Assembly (NCBI GenBank): GCA_965116925.1
Contig: OZ220744.1
Coordinates: 576,001 to 640,000 of the forward strand
From: Candidatus Poribacteria bacterium
GTDB lineage: Bacteria; Poribacteria; WGA-4E; PCPOR2b
Direction: 5' to 3'
DNA length: 64,000 bases
The translations under genes and the position numbers were made by a program. Below, in pieces: positions 9,776 to 19,384 of the stretch; the first letter of the stretch is position 1; every line of letters starts with the position of its first letter. Below the pieces are notes generated by a model, which was given only the letters and a program-made list of their open reading frames with translations, did not search any database and had not been told where the DNA came from.

Positions 9776-9944
9776 CCTAAACTTGGTTATTTCTGATAGG
9801 TGTCAGGTATGAAAACTTGACCTACGGGTTGAGTGTAGCGAAATCCCGATCTATCGAGGTTGTTTAGCAACTTGCCTTATAATAATTTCGGTATTTTTAC
9901 GCTAGAAGGGAAGTCATTACCAACCTTGAAGGAGAACAATCAAA

Positions 9945-10175
9945 ATGAGTGACGACGTAACCGAAACACAAGAAGCAACAATCACCCTGACTGTTGAGCA
10001 GTTAGAAGGAATCACTCGGAAGGTGGTGTGTGAAGAACTAATAGAGTTTGCCACGCAGAATCTCTTTAACCTCGATAAAACCTCTCCGCTTTATGAGGAT
10101 ATGAAAGATATTCTTGAACGCAAAAAATCCGATAGATTGAAATTTCACAACCACACGGACGTTTGGAATGAATGA
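9945..10175 (+). CDS. Small hypothetical protein, probable antitoxin
   Basis: AGGAG RBS, 76 aa acidic, overlaps a decayed toxin-like frame. Confidence 0.55.
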   Translation: MSDDVTETQEATITLTVEQLEGITRKVVCEELIEFATQNLFNLDKTSPLYEDMKDILERKKSDRLKFHNHTDVWNE

Positions 10176-10340
10176 ATACCAAGGTTTTTATGAAAGCCGA
10201 TTCGTCCGAAATCTTACGCGCTACTCAGTTTACGCCAACGTATCTAGCGGGGAGTTGAGTAGATCCTCAAAGATCCCTATACCGGCACAGAACGTTTTGC
10301 GCGAGTCACTGACGGGTTAGATTTGCGAGGCTGCCGCAGC
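10168..10340 (+). pseudogene. Decayed RelE/ParE-like toxin
   Basis: MNEYQGFYESRFVRNLTRY, then a frameshift to SLRQRI*RGVE*ILKDPYTGTERF..LDLRGCRS, ending at a repeat. Confidence 0.55.
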
Positions 10341-10633
10341 CCTTCTATAGACATACCGCCCCGCTGGGGCGGAAGATATACCGTTGTCCAACTAGGATTT
10401 CAATCAGTCGGTACATCGGTTCGATAGGTGCTTTCGCTCCAGAGGAGCGCAATGTCTATAGCCAGTTAGCTGTGCAATGGGCACGCTCCAGCGGAGCGCA
10501 ATGTGTAGAACTGAACCGATTAATCGATGAACTAATGAACTTGCGTTATCATAAGTTTCGGTAAACTCTGTTACCGGACATCTTTGCCCGCCTGAACTTC
10601 CTTACCTCCGCTTCAATCCCCTCCAAAAAAGAG

Positions 10634-10686
10634 TTGCAATCTTCATGGTAAATCTGCCATAATATGATGGCAAGTCTACCATGAAG
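10634..10686 (+). promoter_or_regulatory. Promoter with two palindromic operator boxes upstream of the toxin-antitoxin pair
   Basis: TTGCAA-18-CATAAT; boxes ATGGTAAATCTGCCAT (10645-10660) and ATGGCAAGTCTACCAT (10667-10682). Confidence 0.7.
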
Positions 10687-10704
10687 TGAGAGGAAGACAT
10701 CATT

Positions 10705-11055
10705 TTGAACGAAGCGGTGAAAGATGTAACTTGGATTGGGGATTCTCGCGAGCAAGTCCGACGTTTTCCTAAAGCCGTAAGACGGGCAGTCGGTGAAGCT
10801 TTACGTTTTGCCCAGCGCGGTGCGAAACACCCTAAAGCAAAACCGATGCGGGGTATTGGATCTGGCGTTTTGGAAATTATCGCACGTTACGATACAGATA
10901 CCTATCGTGCTGTTTACACTGTCAAAATTGGCGAGAAAATCTATGTGCTCCATGCGTTTCAAAAGAAATCGACTCGCGGCATCAGAACCCCAAAACGAGA
11001 AATTGATTTGATAAAACAGCGACTCACCATCGCGCAACAACTGGAGAAAAAATAA
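10705..11055 (+). CDS. RelE/HigB (Gp49-like) type II toxin
   Basis: WIGDS, GVLEI, YRAVY, YVLHAFQKKS, TPKREI motifs. Confidence 0.9.
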   Translation: MNEAVKDVTWIGDSREQVRRFPKAVRRAVGEALRFAQRGAKHPKAKPMRGIGSGVLEIIARYDTDTYRAVYTVKIGEKIYVLHAFQKKSTRGIRTPKREIDLIKQRLTIAQQLEKK

Positions 11056-11384
11056 TGAATAAAGATGTTAAAGTCGAGCAGGGCTCCGGGAATGTGTTTA
11101 AGGATGTCGGATTTTCTGATGCTGAAGCCGAGCAAGCCTTGTTGAAGGCAGATTTAGCTTTTGAGATATACAACATCATTGAAGCACAAAAACTCACACA
11201 AGCAAAAGCTGGGAAAATTCTCGGTATTGACCCCTCTGACATTTCAAGACTGAAGACAGGTGATTTTAACCGCTTTAGCGTGGAGCGATTATTTACACTT
11301 CTCAATCGTTTTAACCGTAACATTGAGATTCGGATTACACCGGCGGAAGATAGGGAGGGACATCAGCGGGTCGTTGTGGTTTAG
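11055..11384 (+). CDS. XRE-family HTH antitoxin (HigA-like)
   Basis: GSGNVFKDVG, LTQAKAGKILGI HTH, FSVERL; coupled to the toxin stop. Confidence 0.9.
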   Translation: MNKDVKVEQGSGNVFKDVGFSDAEAEQALLKADLAFEIYNIIEAQKLTQAKAGKILGIDPSDISRLKTGDFNRFSVERLFTLLNRFNRNIEIRITPAEDREGHQRVVVV

Positions 11385-11437
11385 GGCAGTTTACCACAGA
11401 TTAAGGCGGGTAAAATTGAATCAGTCAATAATGGAGA

Positions 11438-12931
11438 ATGTTTATGACGGAGATCAGATCTAATCAGCAATGGACGCGAGCGGTCAAAAAGCGTGATGGA
11501 AATACCTGTCGTCAATGTGGAGTGACTATTAACCCTCATGCACATCACATCAAACCGCGTAACAAATATCCTGAATTAGAGTGGGAACTTGACAATGGGA
11601 TAACACTCTGTGGAAACCACCACACTCATTTGAACGGAAAAGAGGAAAGCATCAATCTAAAAGTGATTATACCTGATGAGCAAACTGCCGAGCAGTTAAA
11701 GCGGCTCAACGGTATATTTTGCGACTATCTGCTGTTAAAATTAGATAATCCAGACAAAAGGAACGAGGTGGCTTTTCAGTTGTTTGGTCATCTCCAAATT
11801 TATCCTGATTCACTTGATCAATTTATTCCTGTTATTCAACATTTCCTAGATGAAAATAGATTAGATGCAGGGCTTGCCGAGCAGATGGTGGTTGAATTTT
11901 TGAGATGTAACTCAAATAACATAGTATCACGAATGGTTATCGAATGCGAAGAACGGCTCGCCGCCGAAAGGCACAGACGGGACGCAGAGCCGGACGAAGT
12001 AACGGCATTGCGCCTACTTGCCGAGTCGGATGATGCCGCAGCTGAATGCTATGTCCGTGGCTGGTGTTACGCAAATGGTAGGGGCGTTATTCAAGACGAC
12101 GAGCAAGCGGTCGAGTGGTATCATAGAGCTGCTGAACAAGGACACACCATCGCCCAGTATGACCTGAGCTGGATGTATCAGTATGGTAGAGGCGTCAGTC
12201 CGAACCCTAGTGAGGCAGTCAGGTGGTGTCGATTAGCTGCTGGACAGGGGTATGCCGATGCACAGAATGCTCTTGGTTGGAGGTATCAATATGTCAGAGG
12301 CGTTGGTGTTCAAAACTATGATGAAGCAATCAGATGGTATCGTAGAGCTGCTGAACAAGGACACGCCGATGCCCAAGCTAGGCATAGGGAATTGTCTGCA
12401 AGAAACCAGCAAATTGATACAGCCGATGTGGAGACAGCCAGATTAAATTACAGGGCCACCCAACAAATCGGCTTTGGTGGGAGGCAGACGGTTCGTAGCG
12501 GCTTCGGACGGGACAATGTGCGGACGTTTTTGCACTATCAAAGTGCCGCTCAACAAGGTGATACTGCTGCACAGAACAACATTGGTGTGATGTATGCCAA
12601 TGGTATAGGTGTTGACCAAGATTATGATGAAGCAATCAACTGGTTTAGTAGAGCGGCGCAACAAGGTGATACTGCTGCACAGAATAGCCTCGGAGTGATG
12701 TATGCCAATGGCATAGGCGTTGACCAAGATTATGAACAGGCGTTTAACTGGTTTAGTAAAGCGGCTGAACAACTACATGGCATCGCAGAGTATAACCTCG
12801 GAGTGATGTATACAAATGGCGATCACGTTGTTCAGGATAATGCGAAGGCAGTAAATTGGTTTAGCAGAGCAGCTGAACGAGGCGATATCGAAGCACAGTC
12901 TACTTTAAGGAGATTTGGAAATATCCGCTAA
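11438..12931 (+). CDS. HNH endonuclease - Sel1-repeat fusion protein
   Basis: RDGNTCRQCG..HAHHIKP..NGITLCGNHH HNH; about 6 Sel1 repeats (AQNNIGVMYANGIGVDQDYDEAINWFSRAAQQG). Confidence 0.85.
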   Translation: MFMTEIRSNQQWTRAVKKRDGNTCRQCGVTINPHAHHIKPRNKYPELEWELDNGITLCGNHHTHLNGKEESINLKVIIPDEQTAEQLKRLNGIFCDYLLLKLDNPDKRNEVAFQLFGHLQIYPDSLDQFIPVIQHFLDENRLDAGLAEQMVVEFLRCNSNNIVSRMVIECEERLAAERHRRDAEPDEVTALRLLAESDDAAAECYVRGWCYANGRGVIQDDEQAVEWYHRAAEQGHTIAQYDLSWMYQYGRGVSPNPSEAVRWCRLAAGQGYADAQNALGWRYQYVRGVGVQNYDEAIRWYRRAAEQGHADAQARHRELSARNQQIDTADVETARLNYRATQQIGFGGRQTVRSGFGRDNVRTFLHYQSAAQQGDTAAQNNIGVMYANGIGVDQDYDEAINWFSRAAQQGDTAAQNSLGVMYANGIGVDQDYEQAFNWFSKAAEQLHGIAEYNLGVMYTNGDHVVQDNAKAVNWFSRAAERGDIEAQSTLRRFGNIR

Positions 12932-13076
12932 CCCACTTTATCGGATATTCTGTTTTCAGATATTATACAACAATTTAACGGATTAGGGCGGGCAATCAAA
13001 ATTACCACACATTAACGCCGATTTTGCTGAGTTCCCGGCGTTTCGGCTATCCATCCAAGGGGATATAGGAGCAATC

Positions 13077-13706
13077 ATGAAAAACTTGCAGAAGTTTCTT
13101 TATATGGCGTTAGGTGCAGGAATTATGGCACTAGGTATCATCATCGGGCAGGTTATCACACCGGGCATTGAGGCGCAATCGAATGGGGTGTTTGATGAGA
13201 TTACTTGTCGAAGTCTAAAGGTGGTTGATAAGACGGGAAAGAGGATAGCTTTTCTAGGCAGAGGTGTGTCTTTAACACTTCAGCAGGTGGGTCAAGATAT
13301 AGAAGGCAATGTTTTTGAGATCTTTGGAGAGGAGGGGAAGCCGGCAATCACATTATCCGCTGGTCCAATGAAAGAAGTCTTAATCTATGATAATGCAGGA
13401 AATAGCGCGATAAGATTGATGTCAGTTGGAGAGGGAATGTCTATGATTCAAGCATGGGCAGGAGAAAAAATGGGTTTGGACGTGACGATTTCGGAGGAAT
13501 TCCGTAGTATGACCCTCTATGATCCATTAGAGAAAAAGGATTTTGAAATAGAAGGGCATAAAGTGACAAGTACGAAGGAGGCTTTTCAGGTACGCATCAG
13601 TAATACTAGGAATGCACTACAACTATGGGGGAAGTCTCCATACCAGAAGGGGATTGGTTTCTACGGTGATAGCAACGAAGCAAAACAGACAACGTGGATA
13701 CCTTAG
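13077..13706 (+). CDS. Hypothetical exported protein
   Basis: AGGAG RBS, N-terminal hydrophobic signal, beta-rich body. Confidence 0.7.
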   Translation: MKNLQKFLYMALGAGIMALGIIIGQVITPGIEAQSNGVFDEITCRSLKVVDKTGKRIAFLGRGVSLTLQQVGQDIEGNVFEIFGEEGKPAITLSAGPMKEVLIYDNAGNSAIRLMSVGEGMSMIQAWAGEKMGLDVTISEEFRSMTLYDPLEKKDFEIEGHKVTSTKEAFQVRISNTRNALQLWGKSPYQKGIGFYGDSNEAKQTTWIP

Positions 13707-13720
13707 CAGGAGGAATAATC

Positions 13721-13907
13721 ATGAACGAATTGGTTACAACACAGCACAATGAAACAGAACTGGCTATCAGCACCGAGACGGAAGAATTGATTCAGTCAAG
13801 TATCGCAGATTCAACACTCAAGCGATACAGCGGTTGAGTGAACAGATAAAGGTATAGCTCGGCAGTCAGAGAATGACGCGCCACTAGCAAGATACATCAC
13901 CGAGTTA
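13721..13907 (+). pseudogene. 5' remnant of a tyrosine recombinase/integrase
   Basis: AGGAGG RBS; MNELVTT..LIQSSIADSTLKRY.. and DAPLARYITEL in shifted frames resemble an integrase N-terminal SAM-like domain. Confidence 0.5.
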
Positions 13908-13955
13908 TAAATTTCCTGCCAAGGACCTCGGCTAACGAACACAGAGGATTCAACG

Positions 13956-15071
13956 ATGACCATTTATAAAGAATTAGGTGTCCGCACCCTAATCAATGCA
14001 GCAGGAACTGTCACCCGGTACGGGGGCTCCCTGATGGCACCCGAAGTATTGGACAGTATGCGCGGCGCATCTCAACAGTTCTGTCATTTAGACGAAGTGC
14101 AGAAGAAAGTCGGCGAAAAGATTGCCGCCATGCTTGAAGTAGAGGCAGCGTACGTGACCTCAAGTGCCGCCTGCGGGTTGGTGCTGACCACCGCTGCCTG
14201 TATGGCTGGGACGGATCCCGCTAAAATTGAACAACTACCAGATACGACTGGGATGAAACATGAGGTCATCATCCAAAAGATACATCGAATTGCGTATGAT
14301 CAAGCGATTCGCGTGGCTGGGGGGACACTGATTGAAATTGATGATCAAGGAACGCCGCCAACCGAAGAGATGCACCGTGCCATCAATGAAAACACCGCAG
14401 CTATCTTCTTCATGGCAACGGTCATGAACCACCCCGCCTCTGTACCACTCGATGAGGTTGTATCAATGGGGAGGGCAGCGTCTGTGCCAGTGGTTGTGGA
14501 TGCCGCGTCGGAGTGTCCACCGGTTTCGACCTTGACGCGTTTCTGGGAGGTGGGTGCCGATCTGATTATCTTCAGCGGCGGCAAGAGCATCATGGGACCG
14601 CAATCCACCGGGCTGGTCATCGGGCGAAAAGACCTCATTGCAGGCTGCGCTGCCAACGGCGTTCCATTCGCCACCGTAGGGCGACCTATGAAGGTGAGTC
14701 GGGAGGAAATGATCGGATTTATGAAGGCACTGGAACTCTACTTGGCGAGAGATCACGAAGCCGATACCGCTCGGTGGACAGCTCAACTTGACTACATCGA
14801 AGCAGCGTTACAGGGAATTCCGAATATAACCGTTGGACGGTTCACCAAGTCGGAAACGTATACGATCCCACTACTATACATCCGTCCAGAAGCGGATGCT
14901 AACTTCACACGATCGATGATAGCGGAAGCGTTAGAAGCAGGCGAGCCGTCGATTGTCGTTGGTCAACACTTCACTGAAGATAGCGTTACGATCAATCCCC
15001 ACAACCTACAATCGGGGCAGGAACGGGTTGTGGCAGAACGGTGTAAAGCGGTGTTGGCTCAGATTAGCTAA
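13956..15071 (+). CDS. SelA-like/DgaE-family PLP-dependent enzyme
   Basis: INAAGT, VVDAA, FSGGK PLP lysine, GRPMKV; 371 aa. Confidence 0.85.
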   Translation: MTIYKELGVRTLINAAGTVTRYGGSLMAPEVLDSMRGASQQFCHLDEVQKKVGEKIAAMLEVEAAYVTSSAACGLVLTTAACMAGTDPAKIEQLPDTTGMKHEVIIQKIHRIAYDQAIRVAGGTLIEIDDQGTPPTEEMHRAINENTAAIFFMATVMNHPASVPLDEVVSMGRAASVPVVVDAASECPPVSTLTRFWEVGADLIIFSGGKSIMGPQSTGLVIGRKDLIAGCAANGVPFATVGRPMKVSREEMIGFMKALELYLARDHEADTARWTAQLDYIEAALQGIPNITVGRFTKSETYTIPLLYIRPEADANFTRSMIAEALEAGEPSIVVGQHFTEDSVTINPHNLQSGQERVVAERCKAVLAQIS

Positions 15072-15074
15072 CTC

Positions 15075-15395
15075 CTATTCCGATTTGAACATGCCAAACG
15101 CGAACGCCTCCGGCAATGTGTCAAAAATAATGTTGCCCGCATCATCCGTTGCGAGGTAGTTTCCCATATACTCTGACCACCGCTCCAGTGCAGGATCTTC
15201 GCGGCTCTTGAGCCAATCCGCCTCGGACGGTGCAACCGCATGTAAGAACAGACGGTCCCCTAAGCGATAGATTGACATACTCACACTGTTGTCATCCATA
15301 CTTTTTGCAATTTCGGGCCACAGGTTATCGTGAGCTTCTTTGTATCCCTCGTAACTCCCGGGCTTTAGCTGCATAGATAAACCGATTGAATACAT
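15075..15395 (-). CDS. rhaM: L-rhamnose mutarotase family protein
   Basis: YKEAHDNLWPE motif and W..YM. Confidence 0.8.
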   Translation of the reverse strand: MYSIGLSMQLKPGSYEGYKEAHDNLWPEIAKSMDDNSVSMSIYRLGDRLFLHAVAPSEADWLKSREDPALERWSEYMGNYLATDDAGNIIFDTLPEAFAFGMFKSE

Positions 15396-15480
15396 TTTTA
15401 TTCTCCTTTTTGTAATCTGAAATCCGTAACTCCTACAAAATCCGTAGGTCGAGATTCATATCTCGACACCCAAACTTTCG

Positions 15481-15553
15481 CTCCCCATGTTTGGTAGGCG
15501 CTGTTTGCAACTGCGCCGATTTGGAGTGTCTCATTAATTCTAAAATCTACTAT
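15481..15553. mobile_element. Partial MITE family A
   Basis: Reverse copy of the A left TIR plus REP (cf. 62591-62694). Confidence 0.7.
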
Positions 15554-15617
15554 AATAATTCGCGCCATCTGCGTAATCCGTTTAATCCGCGATTCAGACA
15601 ATAATTATGAACACCCT

Positions 15618-16457
15618 TCAACTAACCGTCGACCGAACAAAATCCCGAAACAGAATTGTCTCTGACAGATTGTCACACGCGTTGCAGTTCTCCCACTCCG
15701 TCCAGACATACTCAACGCCGAACCAGCCACTGTATCCATTCGCCTGTGCGACTTCCAAAATCCGTTTGAAATCAATTGTATTGTTGGCAAAGGTCTCTTG
15801 CAATCGCTCATTACGCGCACCCCTTACATGGAAGTGACTTGCGTATTTGACCAACGGCTCCACAGCCGCGTCCGGCAAACCGATCCGCGTAAAGTGGGCG
15901 TAATCTAAGGTCAAGGTCAAACCGGGAACCTGCTGCACTAACTTCTCCGCCGGTTCCGGCTGCGGAACGATGGAACCGATGTGCGCTTCGACACCGTAGA
16001 CGATGCCGCGCGTCTTGGCTTGATCCACCCGCCAATTCAGTTCATCAACCGCGCGGGCAAAAGAGTCATCGTATGACTCTGTCTCGAAGTGGGCACCGGG
16101 TAATCCAGTCACATGCTCACACTCACACTCGGCGGCGTAATCAAGCGCTTTGATGAACCAATCGCGAGCCTTCTCCCGTTGTGATGCTTCGGGGTGGTTG
16201 ACCGCATGGGACTTGAAATCCAATCCCATTTGAAGAAATATATCAGCAGCCTCCAGGCCCCAACCGTCCAATTTCTTTTTCAATTGTCGTGCAGATTGGG
16301 TAACGTTCTCGAACTCTTGGGAGGGCCGAAGATGGGAGCGTTCCTCAAACAGACCGATATCCACACCTGTGAACTCCAGCATGGCGATGAGTTGGAGGAC
16401 ATGCTCATGAGGTAACAGCGGAAAAGTAAAGTCAGCACAGGCAAGTTTAAGTGTCAT
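15618..16457 (-). CDS. Sugar phosphate isomerase/epimerase (xylose isomerase-like TIM barrel)
   Basis: EAH, LDYAH, HFHVR, GVEY metal motifs. Confidence 0.85.
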   Translation of the reverse strand: MTLKLACADFTFPLLPHEHVLQLIAMLEFTGVDIGLFEERSHLRPSQEFENVTQSARQLKKKLDGWGLEAADIFLQMGLDFKSHAVNHPEASQREKARDWFIKALDYAAECECEHVTGLPGAHFETESYDDSFARAVDELNWRVDQAKTRGIVYGVEAHIGSIVPQPEPAEKLVQQVPGLTLTLDYAHFTRIGLPDAAVEPLVKYASHFHVRGARNERLQETFANNTIDFKRILEVAQANGYSGWFGVEYVWTEWENCNACDNLSETILFRDFVRSTVS

Positions 16458-16459
16458 GA

Positions 16460-17269
16460 TTACTCCATAAATTTCGTTTGTCCCACAGTTTCCCACTCAG
16501 CGGGTGTGATATACGCCCCATCTACCACCAACGATGTGCCAGTGACACCGGAGGAGTCTTCACAGGAGAGATAACGGACTGCTCTAGCGATGTCCATCGG
16601 TGTGATGGCAACCCCTGTGGGAACACGACTGAGGCGGTTCGCAAGCGTGGCTTCTGGGTCAGGGGTGGTGCTCAGGTGGTAGCGCAACATCGGCGTGTCG
16701 GTGATGCCGGGACAGACACAGTTGCAACGCAGCCCCTCGGCAGCGTAATCGAGTGCGATGGATCTGCTCAATCCGAGTACCGCGTGCTTGGAAGTGATAT
16801 ACGCCGGTGTTAGGGCTTGTCCGATGAAGCTGCCCACCGAGCCGATGTTTACCATATAGCTGCGTTGGTTCTTGGTCAGGTGGGGGTGCCCGTGCTTGAT
16901 AGAGAAGAAGATCGATTTGACGTTCACACCCATCAGCTGATCCCACTCCTCCTCCGAGTATTCGTGCAGAGATACAACGTGAACAACCCCAGCGCAATTG
17001 ACAATAATCTGCAAGCCACCGAAGTGTGCAACCGTTTGTTCGATCGATTGGCGCACCGCATCCTCACACGCAACGTCGTATTCGTAGAAGATAGCTTCAC
17101 CGCCGTTAGCGGTAATATCTTCGACAAGTTTCTGACCGCGCTCGGCTTGTATGTCTACGACAGCAACCTTCGCTCCCTCCTCCGCGAAGAGTTGCGCGGT
17201 GGCTTCACCCATTCCCGAAGCACCGCCGCTGATCCAAGCGATCTGTCCTTCCAATCGTTTCGGGTTCAT
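16460..17269 (-). CDS. SDR family oxidoreductase
   Basis: GGASGMG, NCAG, YITSK. Confidence 0.9.
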   Translation of the reverse strand: MNPKRLEGQIAWISGGASGMGEATAQLFAEEGAKVAVVDIQAERGQKLVEDITANGGEAIFYEYDVACEDAVRQSIEQTVAHFGGLQIIVNCAGVVHVVSLHEYSEEEWDQLMGVNVKSIFFSIKHGHPHLTKNQRSYMVNIGSVGSFIGQALTPAYITSKHAVLGLSRSIALDYAAEGLRCNCVCPGITDTPMLRYHLSTTPDPEATLANRLSRVPTGVAITPMDIARAVRYLSCEDSSGVTGTSLVVDGAYITPAEWETVGQTKFME

Positions 17270-17301
17270 ACGATCTCCCATGTTTGAATACCTGCTTCAG
17301 G

Positions 17302-18060
17302 TTATCCGCGTCCAACGTAGGGCATCTTCGTTGCCATGATAGTCATGAACAGCACATTTGCATCCAACGGAAGGCTTGCCATGTGCACTACGGCACGTGC
17401 TACATCGTCCACAGCCATTCTTGGCTCAACCGCAACGGTTCCATTCGGTTGTGGAACACCCACTTCCATCCTGTCCGTTCTTTCGGTCGCTGCGTTACCT
17501 ATGTCGATTTGGCCACACGCAATATCGTACTTACGTCCATCCAGTGATGTCGCCTTCGTAAGACCCGTCAACCCATGTTTGGTAGAGGTATAGGGCGCGG
17601 AGTTGACCCGTGGTGTGTGCGCTGATATAGAACCGTTATTGATGATGCGTCCCCCTCTGGGTTCCTGGTCCTTCATAATCTTGAACGCTTCCTGTGTACA
17701 GAGGAATGCGCCGGTCAGGTTGGTGTCTGCGACCATCTTCCACTGCTCGTAGGTCAAATCCTCTAGCGGCACAGGCGGTGCGCCGGTGCCCGCATTATTA
17801 AACAGTACGTCAAGTCTGCCAAAGGTCTCTTTCGTTCGGGCAAACAAGTTCTGGATAGAAGCGTGATCCCCCACATCTGTCGGCACAACGAGGACGCGTG
17901 AGCTATCCGCTCCTATCTCCTCGGCAGTTCCCTCCAAAGCCTCTACGCGACGACCAGCCAAGACGACGGAATAGCCCTCCTGCGACAGAGCGATCGATGT
18001 CTGCCTACCAATCCCAGAACCTGCTCCCGTTACGATAGCAACCCTCGTAATTGAACTCAT
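17302..18060 (-). CDS. SDR family oxidoreductase
   Basis: [17 protein letters not shown]. Confidence 0.9.
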   Translation of the reverse strand: MSSITRVAIVTGAGSGIGRQTSIALSQEGYSVVLAGRRVEALEGTAEEIGADSSRVLVVPTDVGDHASIQNLFARTKETFGRLDVLFNNAGTGAPPVPLEDLTYEQWKMVADTNLTGAFLCTQEAFKIMKDQEPRGGRIINNGSISAHTPRVNSAPYTSTKHGLTGLTKATSLDGRKYDIACGQIDIGNAATERTDRMEVGVPQPNGTVAVEPRMAVDDVARAVVHMASLPLDANVLFMTIMATKMPYVGRG

Positions 18061-18094
18061 CTATAAATATCTCCTCACAATACATCTATAATAA

Positions 18095-18243
18095 TAGGAC
18101 TTACGTCCTTCGGTAGTGAACAATGATCGTTGTTCATTACGAACTTATTGTAGTTGCCCGATTCATCGGGCGTTGGGAAGGGTGTCTAGCGGCGATAAAT
18201 CGCCGAACTACAAAGGGTTCAGCACTCAACTGCGTAAGCCCTA
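18095..18243. mobile_element. MITE family E (YAGGACTTACG..CGTAAGCCCTA) with REP cargo
   Basis: TIRs; ATAATAA on both flanks; homologs at 37019-37120 and 62413-62575. Confidence 0.75.
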
Positions 18244-18338
18244 ATAATAAAGAACGAAGCGGGGGAATTTGCCCCGCCATTTTTCACATATAACGGTGTT
18301 GAATAGATCGTCGAAACCTGATACAATAAACGCAGTTT

Positions 18339-18367
18339 ACTATACCACTGCCCATGAACAACGTCAA
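18339..18367 (-). promoter_or_regulatory. Sigma70-type promoter for the SDR operon
   Basis: TTGACG-17-TATAGT with extended TG. Confidence 0.6.
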
Positions 18368-18411
18368 GACCAAAAATGGCAGGTAGGTCCGCACTATAGG
18401 AGCACTGTGCT

Positions 18412-19362
18412 ATGAAGTATTTTTCGGTGGAGAGTTCAGACATATCCGTTCCAAACGACTGGATGGATGATCCGGTGCGGCTTTTGAAGGTTAGTTGGAA
18501 AGGCAAACCTGTTACCGGCTTCAACCAATCTTCTCGCCGCTGTTACGTCTATCCGGTGATGACGCCGTCGGGTGTCCCTGTTACAAACGAAAGACCGACC
18601 AGCGACCACCCCTTCCACCAGTCAATCACCGTCGGGAACGACTACTTCTTCACGTACCAGACATCTGCAGCTGGACGGTTTGAGGATCCCGGCATGTGCT
18701 TCTACACCAACGAGCCTGACATGCGCGGGAGAGGAGAGGGACGCATCGTGGCGATGACGCACAACGAATGCACGGAGTTCAACGAGGGGCATCTAGAGTT
18801 TATTGTAAGGATGCAATGGCAGGGACCTGAACAGGGGTACGCCCCAAAATATCGCCGCGTTGTTGCCGAAGAGATGCGCACCATCAGTGTCTTTCCGGGC
18901 GACGCTGGCAACATCCTCGACGTGCGTTCACAGCTTAGACCGACGGAGTGGGATATCCGCCTAGGACCGTCACGGCACGGGTATTTCACAATTCGGGTGG
19001 CTGACTATCTAAGGGTTGCAGATAGGAACGGTGTGAAACAGGAGGGCAACATTGTGGATTCTGAAGGACGACGAGACGATGACGTAGGTTGGCAACACGC
19101 AGATTGGATTGACTACTACGGAACGGATGCCCAAGGGCGCACCGCCGGTATTGCGGTTTTCCAGTTTCCGTCGATGGGAAATGTGGCTTGGTATGCGGGG
19201 GACTATGGAAGCATCAGAGTCAACCCGTTTCGCAAGGGAGCCACTTATGTATCGCGTGGGGAAGAGGTGGACTTAGCCATTCGGGTGGTCGCCCATGACG
19301 GAGACCCCTACGAGGCAGGTGTTCCAGACCTATACGAGTCCTTCAAGCGAGAGACCGAATAA
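18412..19362 (+). CDS. DUF6807/PmoA-family protein
   Basis: YVYPVMTPSG..DHPFHQS, GYFTIRVA, WIDYYG motifs. Confidence 0.7.
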   Translation: MKYFSVESSDISVPNDWMDDPVRLLKVSWKGKPVTGFNQSSRRCYVYPVMTPSGVPVTNERPTSDHPFHQSITVGNDYFFTYQTSAAGRFEDPGMCFYTNEPDMRGRGEGRIVAMTHNECTEFNEGHLEFIVRMQWQGPEQGYAPKYRRVVAEEMRTISVFPGDAGNILDVRSQLRPTEWDIRLGPSRHGYFTIRVADYLRVADRNGVKQEGNIVDSEGRRDDDVGWQHADWIDYYGTDAQGRTAGIAVFQFPSMGNVAWYAGDYGSIRVNPFRKGATYVSRGEEVDLAIRVVAHDGDPYEAGVPDLYESFKRETE

Positions 19363-19384
19363 TTTCAGGAGAGGAGATTGAGCT

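Noticed and set aside
13956..15071. True selA supporting the selenoprotein call
   Set aside because: Short (371 aa), lacks the SelA N-terminal extension and has no selB/selC nearby; better fits the DgaE/SelA-like family
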